This document shows positions 1-9,309 of a stretch of 64,000 nt of DNA, piece by piece (the stretch's first letter is position 1; each line of letters begins with the position of its first letter). A program made the position numbers and the translations under genes. This stretch comes from an uncultured Gammaproteobacteria bacterium. GTDB taxonomy: Bacteria > Pseudomonadota > Gammaproteobacteria > Xanthomonadales > Xanthomonadaceae. Under the pieces are notes generated by a model. The model searched no databases. It saw only the letters and a program-made list of their open reading frames with translations, and was not told the origin of the DNA. Where the stretch lies: NCBI GenBank assembly GCA_963696155.1, contig CAVOJC010000003.1, positions 250,970 through 314,969 on the forward strand. The letters run 5' to 3'.

Positions 1-649
1 GGGACGGGTCTTCCTCGCGCGCTACCAGATACGCCGACGGCGACGGCGGCGCGTGATCGTTGTCATCGTCGCTCGGCGCGTCAAACCCGATATCGCGTCC
101 GGACAGGCGTGATTCCATCTCCCGCACCTCGCGCTCGGAGACGTTCAGATCCTTGGCCACGACACTGACCTCGGCGGCATTCAACCAGCCCAGACGGGTC
201 TTGGATTTGCGCAGATTGAAGAAAAGCTTGCGCTGCGCCTTGGTCGTGGCGACCTTGACGATGCGCCAGTTCTTGAGGATGAACTCGTGCATCTCGGCGC
301 GGATCCAGTGCACGGCAAAGCTCACCAGGCGCACGCCCATGTCCGGGTCGAAACGCTTGACCGCCTTCATCAGGCCGATGTTGCCTTCCTGGATCAGATC
401 GCCCAGCTGCAGGCCGTAGCCGTTGTAACCCCGCGCCACATGCACCACGAAGCGCAGATGCGAATGGACCAGCTCGCGTGCCGCATCGAGATCCTGCTCA
501 TCGCGGAAACGGCGGGCCAAGGCTTGCTCGTCATCCACCGACAGCACCTGGATCTGGTGCACGGCACCGATATAGGCGTCCAGCGAACCGAGCGCGTTGA
601 GAGTCGGAAGATTGTTCGCCACAAGGGCAGTGGAGGTGTTCTGGCTCAT
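1..649 (-). CDS. rpoH: RNA polymerase sigma-32 factor (3' end runs off the window)
   Basis: Manual minus-strand translation from ATG at 649 gives [15 protein letters not shown]...[20 protein letters not shown]...[38 protein letters not shown]. This contains region 2 and the RpoH box. It lies downstream of ftsEX, as in other gammaproteobacteria. Confidence 0.97.
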   Translation of the reverse strand, partial: MSQNTSTALVANNLPTLNALGSLDAYIGAVHQIQVLSVDDEQALARRFRDEQDLDAARELVHSHLRFVVHVARGYNGYGLQLGDLIQEGNIGLMKAVKRFDPDMGVRLVSFAVHWIRAEMHEFILKNWRIVKVATTKAQRKLFFNLRKSKTRLGWLNAAEVSVVAKDLNVSEREVREMESRLSGRDIGFDAPSDDDNDHAPPSPSAYLVAREEDPS

Positions 650-660
650 AGGACCTCATC

Positions 661-687
661 TTAGCAGTCAGGCTATTGGACTGCCCG
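661..687. promoter_or_regulatory. CIRCE-like inverted repeat (candidate HrcA operator)
   Basis: TTAGCAGTC-N9-GACTGCCCG compared with canonical TTAGCACTC-N9-GAGTGCTAA. The 9-nt spacer is correct, and the site lies 11 nt from the rpoH start codon. Confidence 0.55.
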
Positions 688-702
688 GTACAGCAAAAGT
701 TC
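676..702 (-). promoter_or_regulatory. sigmaE-type promoter of rpoH: GAACTT-N16-TCCAA
   Basis: On the minus strand GAACTT is at 702-697, followed by a 16-nt spacer and TCCAA at 680-676. This matches the sigmaE consensus, and rpoH has a sigmaE promoter in E. coli. Confidence 0.7.
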
Positions 703-827
703 CAGCGTTCTGAATTTACAACCAATCGAATAATAATATTGGCATTTCAATGCAAATAGAACATAGCAAATTTCTGGATCGAAGGTGTCAAACCGGCGTT
801 ACCCGGCAGGCCTGCCCACCTTTGCAT

Positions 828-1559
828 TCAGCCGTCAGCGAGTGCGGCTTCCACCACCGCCGCGGAAGGCAGCCGCCAGTCCACGGGTATTTTGCCGCGC
901 CGGACAAGGTATTCATTGGTCGCTGAAAAGTGCCGGCAACCCAGGAAACCCCGGTGGGCGGACAGCGGTGAAGGGTGCGGCGCCTTGAACACGCGGTGAC
1001 GGCCGGTATCGATAACCTTGCCCTTCTGCTGGGCATAACTGCCCCAGAGCAGGAAGACCAGGCCTTCGCACTGCTGGTTGAGGGTATCGACGATGTGATC
1101 GGTGAAGCCTTCCCAGCCCTTGCCCTGATGGGAGCCGGCCTTGCCCTCCTCGACTGTCAGCACCGCGTTGAGCAGCAGCACGCCCTGCTTCGCCCAGGGC
1201 AGCAGGCAGCCGTGATCGGGACGCGGGATGCCCAGATCGGCTTCGAGCTCTTTGTAGATGTTCAGCAGCGAGGGCGGCACCGGCACCCCGGGCATCACCG
1301 AGAAGCACAGCCCGTGCGCCTGTCCGTAACCGTGATAAGGGTCCTGGCCTAGCACCACCACCTTGACCTGCTCAAACGGGGTGGCATCAAATGCCGCGAA
1401 GATCTGTGGCCCGGGAGGAAAAACCCGCGCGCCGGCGGCCTTGCGCTGGCGCAGGAAAGCCGACAGCGCACGCATGTCCGGCCGCAGCAGCCAATCGCCG
1501 ATGCGCGTTTTCCAGCTGGCCTCGAGCTGGATGTGCGCGAGATTTTCGTCCTGGCTCAC
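828..1559 (-). CDS. ung: Uracil-DNA glycosylase (family 1)
   Basis: [17 protein letters not shown] and HPSPLS motifs. Confidence 0.97.
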   Translation of the reverse strand: MSQDENLAHIQLEASWKTRIGDWLLRPDMRALSAFLRQRKAAGARVFPPGPQIFAAFDATPFEQVKVVVLGQDPYHGYGQAHGLCFSVMPGVPVPPSLLNIYKELEADLGIPRPDHGCLLPWAKQGVLLLNAVLTVEEGKAGSHQGKGWEGFTDHIVDTLNQQCEGLVFLLWGSYAQQKGKVIDTGRHRVFKAPHPSPLSAHRGFLGCRHFSATNEYLVRRGKIPVDWRLPSAAVVEAALADG

Positions 1560-2398
1560 AAGGTGATCGCCGGCTGCGCCAGGCGCGCCAGCCGCAGCTG
1601 GAACAGCACCTTGGTCACCAGCAGGCGTTCCTCGATCGGCTTCTGCACCAGGTCGTTGGCCCCGGCCTGCAACAACCCGGACTGGTTGTGCGGATTGGTG
1701 TCACCGGTCATCACCAGCACCGGCATGCGGCGTTTGCCGTAGGCGAAATCGATGCGTATCCGCTCGACCACGTCGCGGCCGTTGAGTTCGCCCTTGAGGG
1801 TGACGTCGGTCAATACCAGATCGATGCGGCGGGTGGTGCGACCCAGCGACTCGGCGGTGAGCAGGGCGAATGCATCCTCGGCGGTGAGCACATGCACCAC
1901 CTGCAGATCCTGCCGCTCGAGCATGCGCTTGGTGGCCTCGGCGACGACCCGGCTGTCCTCGACATAGAGGATGGTCGCGCCGGGAATGGGCGCCGGCTGC
2001 ACGTAGCCGCGGATGAAGGTGGCCAGCGCCTCGTGCCCGAGCGATTTATCGAAATAGTCGGTGACGAATTCGGTGAAACGGCGCTGTTCCAGATGCTGCT
2101 GGGCGTCGCCGGACACCACGATCACCGGCACATACGCCTGCCCTGCCGCCTCGCGCACGCTGCGCGCCAGTGCCAGGCCATCGCCATCGGGCAACGCCAG
2201 CGAGGTGGTGACCAGGTTGACCGGACCGGCCTCCAGTGCGGCGCGTGCTTCTTCGATGCTGGCACAGCCGACCACCTCCACATCCGGCAATTCGCGATGC
2301 AGCACATCGGCGATCAGACGCCGAACCAGTTTGGAGCCATCGACCACCATCACCCGGGGGGCGTCGCTGACCAGATGCTTGAGTTCGTGCTTCGCCAT
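1556..2398 (-). CDS. Response regulator with two receiver domains and no output domain
   Basis: REC1 (MVVDGS...[12 protein letters not shown]) is degenerate. REC2 (LYVEDS...VLTDVTL...MTGD...KP) is canonical. The stop overlaps the ung GTG start. Confidence 0.85.
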   Translation of the reverse strand: MAKHELKHLVSDAPRVMVVDGSKLVRRLIADVLHRELPDVEVVGCASIEEARAALEAGPVNLVTTSLALPDGDGLALARSVREAAGQAYVPVIVVSGDAQQHLEQRRFTEFVTDYFDKSLGHEALATFIRGYVQPAPIPGATILYVEDSRVVAEATKRMLERQDLQVVHVLTAEDAFALLTAESLGRTTRRIDLVLTDVTLKGELNGRDVVERIRIDFAYGKRRMPVLVMTGDTNPHNQSGLLQAGANDLVQKPIEERLLVTKVLFQLRLARLAQPAITL

Positions 2399-2405
2399 GC
2401 GGGCC

Positions 2406-3353
2406 TCAGGTTTCAGTCGGGCGAGTCTGCCTCAGGAAGTGCCCCGTCACCAGCCAGGCGCCCAGCCAGCCCAGTACCAAGGTTCCCAGCAGCACCATGC
2501 CCGAATGCAGCACATCCAGCCCCTTCAACACGAACGGGCTGCCATAGCTGTGTGAAAGCGCCGCCAGCGGGGCCTGCAATGCCCACCCGGAGATTCCGAT
2601 CAATGCCAGCGCCAGCGCACCGGCACCCAGGCCGTACCACGCCCCGAGATAGACAAACGGGCGGCGGATGAAACCATCGCTGGCACCGAGCAGCTGCAGG
2701 ACGCCGATTTCCTCACGGCGGGCCTGGATGTCCAGACGCACGGTATTGCCCACCACCAGTACCGCACCCAGCCCGAGTAGCGCCGACAACACCTGTACCA
2801 GCCGCGCGCCGAAGCCCAGCCACCCGTCCAGCCGCTGGCGCCACAGGGCATCGTGCTGGACAAGATCCGCCTGCGGCAGGCTTTCCAGCGAGGTGGCCAG
2901 GCGGGCGTCGTCGGCCGAGGTCGGGGTGACGATCAACAGCGTCGGCAGGGGATTCTCGCCCAGGGCCTCGATCGCCTCGCCCAGCCCGGCGTTCTGCCGC
3001 AAATCTGCCAGACCCTCTTCCGGCGTGCGCACGGTCACGTGGGCCACATCGCCGCGCTCACGCAGGCTTCTGGCCACCGCCGTGGCACCCGCGGCGTCGA
3101 TTTCCGGCTTCAGGAACAGATTGATATCGCGCGACTGCTGCACGCTGCCGGCGAAATGTTTGAGGTTGTCCAGGGCGATCGACAGGCCCATCGGCAATGC
3201 CAGTGCCAGCGCCATCACCGCCACGGTCAACAGGGTCGCCCACGGCTTGCGCGAGGCACGGCCGAGACTGAACACCATGCTGTGCAGATGATGCCGGACC
3301 CACACGCCCAGCCGCGACGGGGCGGCCGTTCCGGTGTTGATTGGCTTGCTCAT
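2406..3353 (-). CDS. ftsX: Cell division ABC transporter permease FtsX
   Basis: Four hydrophobic segments, VVGNTVRLDIQARREEI..LLGASDGFIRRPF motif, ATGA overlap with ftsE. Confidence 0.95.
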   Translation of the reverse strand: MSKPINTGTAAPSRLGVWVRHHLHSMVFSLGRASRKPWATLLTVAVMALALALPMGLSIALDNLKHFAGSVQQSRDINLFLKPEIDAAGATAVARSLRERGDVAHVTVRTPEEGLADLRQNAGLGEAIEALGENPLPTLLIVTPTSADDARLATSLESLPQADLVQHDALWRQRLDGWLGFGARLVQVLSALLGLGAVLVVGNTVRLDIQARREEIGVLQLLGASDGFIRRPFVYLGAWYGLGAGALALALIGISGWALQAPLAALSHSYGSPFVLKGLDVLHSGMVLLGTLVLGWLGAWLVTGHFLRQTRPTET

Positions 3354-4036
3354 TCGGCCAGGTCCTGCGGCGAGATGTCGTCAAGCAGGCGGCCGTGATC
3401 GAGAATCAGCACGCGTTTACGCATGCGCTTGAGCAGCGGCAGATCGTGGCTCACCACCAGCACACTGGTGCCGCGGCCGGGAAGCTCGGCAAACAGGGAC
3501 ATGATTTCCGCCGCCAAGGTGGGATCAAGATTGCCGGTCGGTTCGTCGGCCACCAGCAGCTTCGGTTCGCCGATGATCGCGCGGGCAATGCCGACACGCT
3601 GTTGCTCACCGGCGGACAATTCCGATGGCAATGCATTCTCGCGATGCCCCAGTCCCATGCGCTCGAGCACGGTGCGCACGCGCTTTGCCGCCTGTGCGCG
3701 GCGGTCGCCCCGCAGGATCAACGGCAGTGCCACGTTCTCGCCGATGCTGCGGTCCATCAGCAGCCGGTGATCCTGGTAGACCGCCCCGACCTCGCGACGG
3801 TGCAGCGCCACGCGCGCGCCGCGGACCTTGAGCAGGTTGCGCTCGGCGAACACCACGGTGCCGCGCGAAGGCCGTTCGCTGAGATGGATGAGCTTGAGCA
3901 GGGTGCTCTTGCCGGCACCGGAGTGCCCGGTGACGAACAGCATTTCGCCGGCCGCCACCTCGAAGCTGACGTCCACCAGGGCCTGGTGACCGCCGGCATA
4001 TTGTTTGCTGACATTGTCAAAACGCAGAACGTTCAT
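3350..4036 (-). CDS. ftsE: Cell division ATP-binding protein FtsE
   Basis: Walker A GHSGAGKST, signature LSAGEQQRV, ADEPTGNLD. The start is placed at ATG 4036 (MNVLRFDNVSKQY). Confidence 0.96.
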   Translation of the reverse strand: MNVLRFDNVSKQYAGGHQALVDVSFEVAAGEMLFVTGHSGAGKSTLLKLIHLSERPSRGTVVFAERNLLKVRGARVALHRREVGAVYQDHRLLMDRSIGENVALPLILRGDRRAQAAKRVRTVLERMGLGHRENALPSELSAGEQQRVGIARAIIGEPKLLVADEPTGNLDPTLAAEIMSLFAELPGRGTSVLVVSHDLPLLKRMRKRVLILDHGRLLDDISPQDLAE

Positions 4037-4108
4037 GCGTCGATTATGCCGGAGCGCGACCCGGCTGCGTCGCGTCCGCTCAGGGACGCGACGCAAACAG
4101 CCGCAAGA

Positions 4109-5791
4109 TCAGTCGCTGGACAACATCCGGCGGATCTTGCGCCCGAGGCGGGTCAGGAACGAATCGTTGTCGCTCTGGCCACTGCGTACCGGCTTGGCCA
4201 GAACCTGCACCGGTATGGCCGGCGACGCGGACGCGGTCATCACAGCGCTGTCGGCCCCTTCCAGCGGACGCCCATGACGGCGACGGCGACGCTTGCGCGG
4301 AGCACGCTCGCCTTCCACTGCCGGGCTGGTCGACGCCGATGGCGCTTCGACCTCGGCCGCACGCGGCGGCTTGGGTGCAGCCACAGCAGCCGTCTGCTCA
4401 CCTTCCACCCGCGGCTTGCGGGGCGGACGTGACTTGCCGTCGGCACTGCGCGCACCGGCGCCGCGCCGTTCGCCAGGGCCACCCGGCTTGCCGCTGCGGC
4501 CGCCACGGCGCTCTTCTTCCGCTGCCTTGGCCTCGCGGGCCTCGCGGAAAATCGCACCGACGCTCTCTTTTTCCTCGCCTTCCGGCAGTGGCGCGCGTTC
4601 CGGACGCGGCAATGCGGTCAGCAGTTCGCTGGTCACCGCTTCGGCCGGAATCTTCTGTTCGATATAGGCCTCGATATCCGGCAGCCCCATCGCATAGCGC
4701 TCACAGGCGAAGCTGATCGCATCACCCTCTTCGCCCAGACGCGCGGTGCGGCCGATGCGATGCACATAATCTTCCGCATCGAACGGCAGGTCGTAGTTGT
4801 AGACGTACTTGATGCCATCGATATGCAGGCCACGGGCGGCCACGTCGGTGGCAACCAGGACTTCCAGCTGGCCGGCCTGGAAGCGCTTGAGCAGGCTCTC
4901 GCGCTTCTTCTGCGGTACGTCACCGGACAGCACGCCGACCCGGTAGCCGGCACGTTCCAGCGAACGCGCCACGCGCTCGACGAACACCTTGGTGTTGACG
5001 AAGACCATCGTGCGCGCACCTTCGCTGCGCGACAGCAGGCCCAGCAGCAGCGGGATCTTCTCTTCGTCGGCCGGAAAGTAGATGCGCTGACGCACGCGGG
5101 CAGCGGTAATTGATTCGCTTTCCACGGTCATCTTCTGCGGCTCGTTCATGTGCTCGTACGCCAGTTCCAGCACGCGATGGCTGAGCGTGGCGCTGAACAG
5201 CAGCGTCTGCCGCGTGGTGCGCTCGGGCATGCGCCGCAGCAGGAAGCGGATGTCCTTGATGAAACCCAGGTCGAACATGCGGTCGGCTTCGTCCAGCACG
5301 CAGATCTCGCAGGCGTGCAGCGAAACCACCTTGTGCTGCTTGACGTAGTCGATCAGGCGGCCCGGGGTGGCGATGATCACGTCCACGCCCTGCTGCAACA
5401 GCTCGCGCTGCTTGTCGTAGTCCACGCCGCCATAGACCAGCGCGAAGCGCAGGCCAAGGTCCGAACCCAGCTTCACCGCGTCCTTGTGGATCTGGATGGC
5501 CAGCTCGCGGGTGGGGGCCAGGATCAGCGCGCGCGGGTCTTCCGGCTTGCGGTCGGCCAGCGCAGGCCGGCTCAGCAGGCGGTTGACCACGGCGACCAGG
5601 AAGGCCAGCGTCTTGCCGGTACCGGTCTGGGCCTGGCCGGCCACATCGCCACCGGGCAAAGCCACGGGCAGCGTCAGCGCCTGGATCGGCGTGCAGCGGG
5701 TAAATCCAGCTCCCTCAAGGCCAGCCAGAAGGGCGGGCTGCAGTTCGAAGGAGGAAAAGGTCACATCAGTCAGCGGTTTGTCGCTCATCAT
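4109..5791 (-). CDS. rhlB: DEAD-box RNA helicase RhlB with long C-terminal extension
   Basis: [16 protein letters not shown] and HRIGRTAR motifs. It is divergent from trxA-rho, as in E. coli. Confidence 0.95.
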   Translation of the reverse strand: MMSDKPLTDVTFSSFELQPALLAGLEGAGFTRCTPIQALTLPVALPGGDVAGQAQTGTGKTLAFLVAVVNRLLSRPALADRKPEDPRALILAPTRELAIQIHKDAVKLGSDLGLRFALVYGGVDYDKQRELLQQGVDVIIATPGRLIDYVKQHKVVSLHACEICVLDEADRMFDLGFIKDIRFLLRRMPERTTRQTLLFSATLSHRVLELAYEHMNEPQKMTVESESITAARVRQRIYFPADEEKIPLLLGLLSRSEGARTMVFVNTKVFVERVARSLERAGYRVGVLSGDVPQKKRESLLKRFQAGQLEVLVATDVAARGLHIDGIKYVYNYDLPFDAEDYVHRIGRTARLGEEGDAISFACERYAMGLPDIEAYIEQKIPAEAVTSELLTALPRPERAPLPEGEEKESVGAIFREAREAKAAEEERRGGRSGKPGGPGERRGAGARSADGKSRPPRKPRVEGEQTAAVAAPKPPRAAEVEAPSASTSPAVEGERAPRKRRRRRHGRPLEGADSAVMTASASPAIPVQVLAKPVRSGQSDNDSFLTRLGRKIRRMLSSD

Positions 5792-5987
5792 TCCGTCTTG
5801 GTAGGGCCGGCCCGCCAGAGGTTACGGGGCAGCTTGCATCGTCTCGGGCACCGTCGCACACTGCGGCCCCTGCGCCGGGTCGCGCGACATCGGGCTTTGC
5901 CCATTGTGCTCGCGCAATGTGCCCACTTTACCGCAATGCGGCGGCCAACCCGGCATAGGCAGTCGCATTACCCCAGGAGATTCCCAA

Positions 5988-6320
5988 GTGAGCGATAAGG
6001 TTTTACACGTCGGCGATGCCGATTTCGAGAGCGCCGTCCTGCAGTCCGGCGAACCGGTACTGGTGGATTTCTGGGCCGAATGGTGCGGTCCCTGCAAGAT
6101 GATCTCGCCGGTGCTGGACGAGCTGGCCGAGGCCTACGACGGCAAAGTGAAGATCGCCAAGCTGAACGTGGATGAAAACCGCGCCACGGCGGTCAAGTAC
6201 CACGTCCGCTCGATCCCGATGTTGCTGCTGTTCAAGGACGGCCAGATCCAGGCCACCCAGATCGGCGCCGTCGGCAAGGGCCAGCTGGCACAGATGATCG
6301 ACAAGGCCCTGGCCGGCTGA
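5988..6320 (+). CDS. trxA: Thioredoxin 1
   Basis: WCGPC active site. GTG start at 5988 preceded by AGGAG. Confidence 0.97.
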   Translation: MSDKVLHVGDADFESAVLQSGEPVLVDFWAEWCGPCKMISPVLDELAEAYDGKVKIAKLNVDENRATAVKYHVRSIPMLLLFKDGQIQATQIGAVGKGQLAQMIDKALAG

Positions 6321-6540
6321 GTCCCAAGGGCCGGCGGCTCCTGCCGCCGGCGCCGGGGCAGCCATACGCCGCCCCAACAGAGCGCCGCGGTTGCTTGCAC
6401 CCTGCCGCGCGCCAATGGTAGTGTCGCCATTCCGGCTGCATTCGCGCGCCGCACCCTCTAGACGAATTCTCTTCTAGACCTTTCCCAACCTGTTCGCCGC
6501 CCTGCAGGGCGCTCGCACCTCTTAGCGAGGAATCAAGCAC

Positions 6541-8274
6541 TTGTCCGAGAATACTCCTTCCGAAACCGGGAGCGCCGACGCGCCTGTCGAGAAGCGTGTG
6601 CGCAAGCCGCGCGTCAGCAAGACGGCCGAAGCCGTCGACAACAGTAGCAATGCGGCCCCGGCTGCACCTGCCCAACCCGCACTCCCACTGTCTGCACCTG
6701 CCGCTTCGTCGGCACCTGCGGCGACCGCCGACGCCGCCGCACCGGCCCCTGCAGCGACCGAACACTCCGGTGGATCAGCCTCTGCCGTTGACCCGGGCGA
6801 CTCCGGCGAACACGGCAACCACCCCCGCCACGGCCAGCACGGGCAACAGGGGCAGGGACCGAATCAAGGCAATCGCCGCGACCGTTTCCGCAACCGTCGT
6901 GACCGCGACCGCAGTCGCCCTCGCGATGACAGCGGCTTCCCCAACGATGGCGGCAACGAGCAGCAGCAGTTCACTCCGCGTCCGCACCCGAGCGTGCCCG
7001 AGGGCTTCCCGGCCTATTCGCTCAGCGACCTCAAGCGCATGCCGGCACACAAGCTGCTGGAAATCGCCGATCAGCTGAGCATCCAGGAAGGCGTGGCCCG
7101 CGCCCGCAAGCAGGATGTGATCTTCGCCCTGCTCAAGGTGCTGACCCGTCATGGCGAAGGCGTGGCCGCCGACGGCGTGCTGGAAATCCTGCCCGACGGC
7201 TTCGGTTTCCTGCGCGCATTCGAGGCCAGCTACCTGGCCGGCCCGGACGACACCTACATCTCGCCCAGCCAGATCCGCCGCTTCAACCTGCGCACGGGCG
7301 ACCATCTGTCCGGCCGCATCCGCTTCCCGAAGGACGGCGAGCGCTACTTCGCGCTGTCGATCGTGGACACCATCAACGGTGAGCCGATCGAAGCGTCGAA
7401 GAACAAGGTGCTGTTCGAGAACCTGACCCCCCTGTTCCCGCGCAAGCGCTTCACCCTGGAACGCGGCAACGGTTCGTCCGAAGACATCACCGGCCGCATC
7501 CTCGATCTGATGGCACCCCAGGGCAAGGGCCAGCGCGCCCTGATCGTGTCGCCGCCCAAGGCCGGCAAGACGATGATGATGCAGCAGATCGCCACGGCCA
7601 TCACCACCAACCATCCCGAAGTGCACATGATCGTGCTGCTGGTGGATGAGCGCCCGGAAGAAGTGACCGAGATGCAGCGCACCGTGCGCGGCGAAGTGGT
7701 CTCCTCGACCTTCGACGAGCCGGCCGCGCGTCACGTGCAGGTTGCCGAAATGGTGATCGAGCGCGCCAAGCGTCTGGTCGAGCACAAGAAGGACGTGGTG
7801 ATCCTGCTCGACTCGATCACCCGCCTGGCCCGCGCCTACAACAACGTGGTGCCCAGCTCCGGCAAGGTGCTCACCGGTGGTGTCGACGCCAACGCCCTGC
7901 ACCGTCCGAAGCGTTTCTTCGGTGCCGCGCGCAACGTCGAGGAAGGCGGTTCGCTGACCATCATCGCCACCGCGCTGGTGGAAACCGGCTCGAAGATGGA
8001 CGAGGTGATCTACGAAGAGTTCAAGGGCACCGGCAACAGCGAAGTGCACCTGAACCGTCGCATCACCGAGAAGCGCGTCTATCCGGCCATCGACATCAAC
8101 CGTTCCGGCACCCGCCGCGAAGACCTGTTGATCGAACCGGAACTGCTGCAGAAGATCTGGATCCTGCGCAAGCTGTTGCATCCGATGGATGAAATCGCGG
8201 CGATGGAGTTCCTGCTCGACAAGATGAAGAACACCAAGTCCAACGACGAGTTCTTCGGCTCGATGAAGCGCTGA
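6541..8274 (+). CDS. rho: Transcription termination factor Rho with ~158-aa N-terminal extension
   Basis: [24 protein letters not shown] and [12 protein letters not shown] motifs. TTG start preceded by GAGG. Confidence 0.98.
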   Translation: MSENTPSETGSADAPVEKRVRKPRVSKTAEAVDNSSNAAPAAPAQPALPLSAPAASSAPAATADAAAPAPAATEHSGGSASAVDPGDSGEHGNHPRHGQHGQQGQGPNQGNRRDRFRNRRDRDRSRPRDDSGFPNDGGNEQQQFTPRPHPSVPEGFPAYSLSDLKRMPAHKLLEIADQLSIQEGVARARKQDVIFALLKVLTRHGEGVAADGVLEILPDGFGFLRAFEASYLAGPDDTYISPSQIRRFNLRTGDHLSGRIRFPKDGERYFALSIVDTINGEPIEASKNKVLFENLTPLFPRKRFTLERGNGSSEDITGRILDLMAPQGKGQRALIVSPPKAGKTMMMQQIATAITTNHPEVHMIVLLVDERPEEVTEMQRTVRGEVVSSTFDEPAARHVQVAEMVIERAKRLVEHKKDVVILLDSITRLARAYNNVVPSSGKVLTGGVDANALHRPKRFFGAARNVEEGGSLTIIATALVETGSKMDEVIYEEFKGTGNSEVHLNRRITEKRVYPAIDINRSGTRREDLLIEPELLQKIWILRKLLHPMDEIAAMEFLLDKMKNTKSNDEFFGSMKR

Positions 8275-8298
8275 TTCCTGGCGTGAATCGGCTGCAGC

Positions 8299-8326
8299 AA
8301 AAAGCCCCGCGTTTGCGGGGCTTTTT
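8299..8326. terminator. Bidirectional intrinsic terminator between rho and the convergent tonB-like gene
   Basis: AAAAA-GCCCCGC-GTTT-GCGGGGC-TTTTT. Confidence 0.9.
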
Positions 8327-8374
8327 GTTGGCACCGTTCCAAAGGCTTTCAGTGCATGCGATGGAGCGTTGCCA

Positions 8375-9253
8375 TCACCCGCCCTGCAACGAGGTCAGCA
8401 GGCGCGGGCCGCTGCTGTCCACCATGTTGACGCTGCCATCGGCCAGTGCGTCGGGAGAAAAGCCCGGCTGGTCGTCGTCGGACTTCCACGGTGCGCGCTC
8501 ACGCGGGCCCGCCACGTAGCTCACCCAGCGCCCCTGGTCGCTCCTCGGGGCACGATCACCTATCGCAAAACTGACCGGCACGCGCACGTTCCAGTACGGC
8601 TGCCCGGCAGTCGGGCCCTCGGTCGGCACGCGGAAACTCCACTTCTTCGCGCCGTCCTTCGCAGCGTTGGCCAATAGTTCGCGTGCGCGCTGCTGCTCGC
8701 GTTCACGACTCAGGAAGGTGAGGTTGACCTGTTCCGGGAATGCGTCTTCGACCGTGCCGTCCCGCCCCACCTTCAACACCAGGTAGACGCTGCCGGTTAC
8801 GTTTCCGCGGAACGCCTGTTCGGGGTAACGCGGCGGCTTCATGTCGATGCTTGCCACGTTCTCAGGGCTGCGCCTGTCCAGGCAATCGAAGTTGATGCCG
8901 CGCAGGCTGATTTCGTAGCTGTCGGCCTCCAGCTTGCGGGCCACGACACGGAGCGTCATCGGCGCACGCGCGCGCACGGTGGCACCGTCACGGACGATCG
9001 GCTCGAAACGCCACTTCATGCCCGCCTCGCGCACCAGGGCGGTCACGCCAGTCGGCAATTCGTCCTCTTTTTCCAGTTGCACCGCGAACACCGAGCCATC
9101 CGTTTCGATGCCCACCTCACCCCGCACCAGCATGCTGCTCTCGACCCGCTCCCGGACCGACCTGACGCCACCTTCCGCCTCCGCCTCGCCCGCTGGAATG
9201 CCCATCATCAGCGCCAAGGCCACTGCAACCGCTGGAAACAACATGCCCTTCAT
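8375..9253 (-). CDS. TonB C-terminal-domain protein (energy transducer TonB-like) with N-terminal signal/anchor
   Basis: PPRYPEQAFRGNVTGSVYLVLKVGRDGTVED...WSFRVP resembles TonB_C. The start is placed at ATG 9253 with GGAG upstream. Confidence 0.65.
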   Translation of the reverse strand: MKGMLFPAVAVALALMMGIPAGEAEAEGGVRSVRERVESSMLVRGEVGIETDGSVFAVQLEKEDELPTGVTALVREAGMKWRFEPIVRDGATVRARAPMTLRVVARKLEADSYEISLRGINFDCLDRRSPENVASIDMKPPRYPEQAFRGNVTGSVYLVLKVGRDGTVEDAFPEQVNLTFLSREREQQRARELLANAAKDGAKKWSFRVPTEGPTAGQPYWNVRVPVSFAIGDRAPRSDQGRWVSYVAGPRERAPWKSDDDQPGFSPDALADGSVNMVDSSGPRLLTSLQGG

Positions 9254-9309
9254 TGCACGACTCCGTGTGTCTGGAATCGAGATAGAGCTCAGCCCCATGG
9301 TCATCGCAA

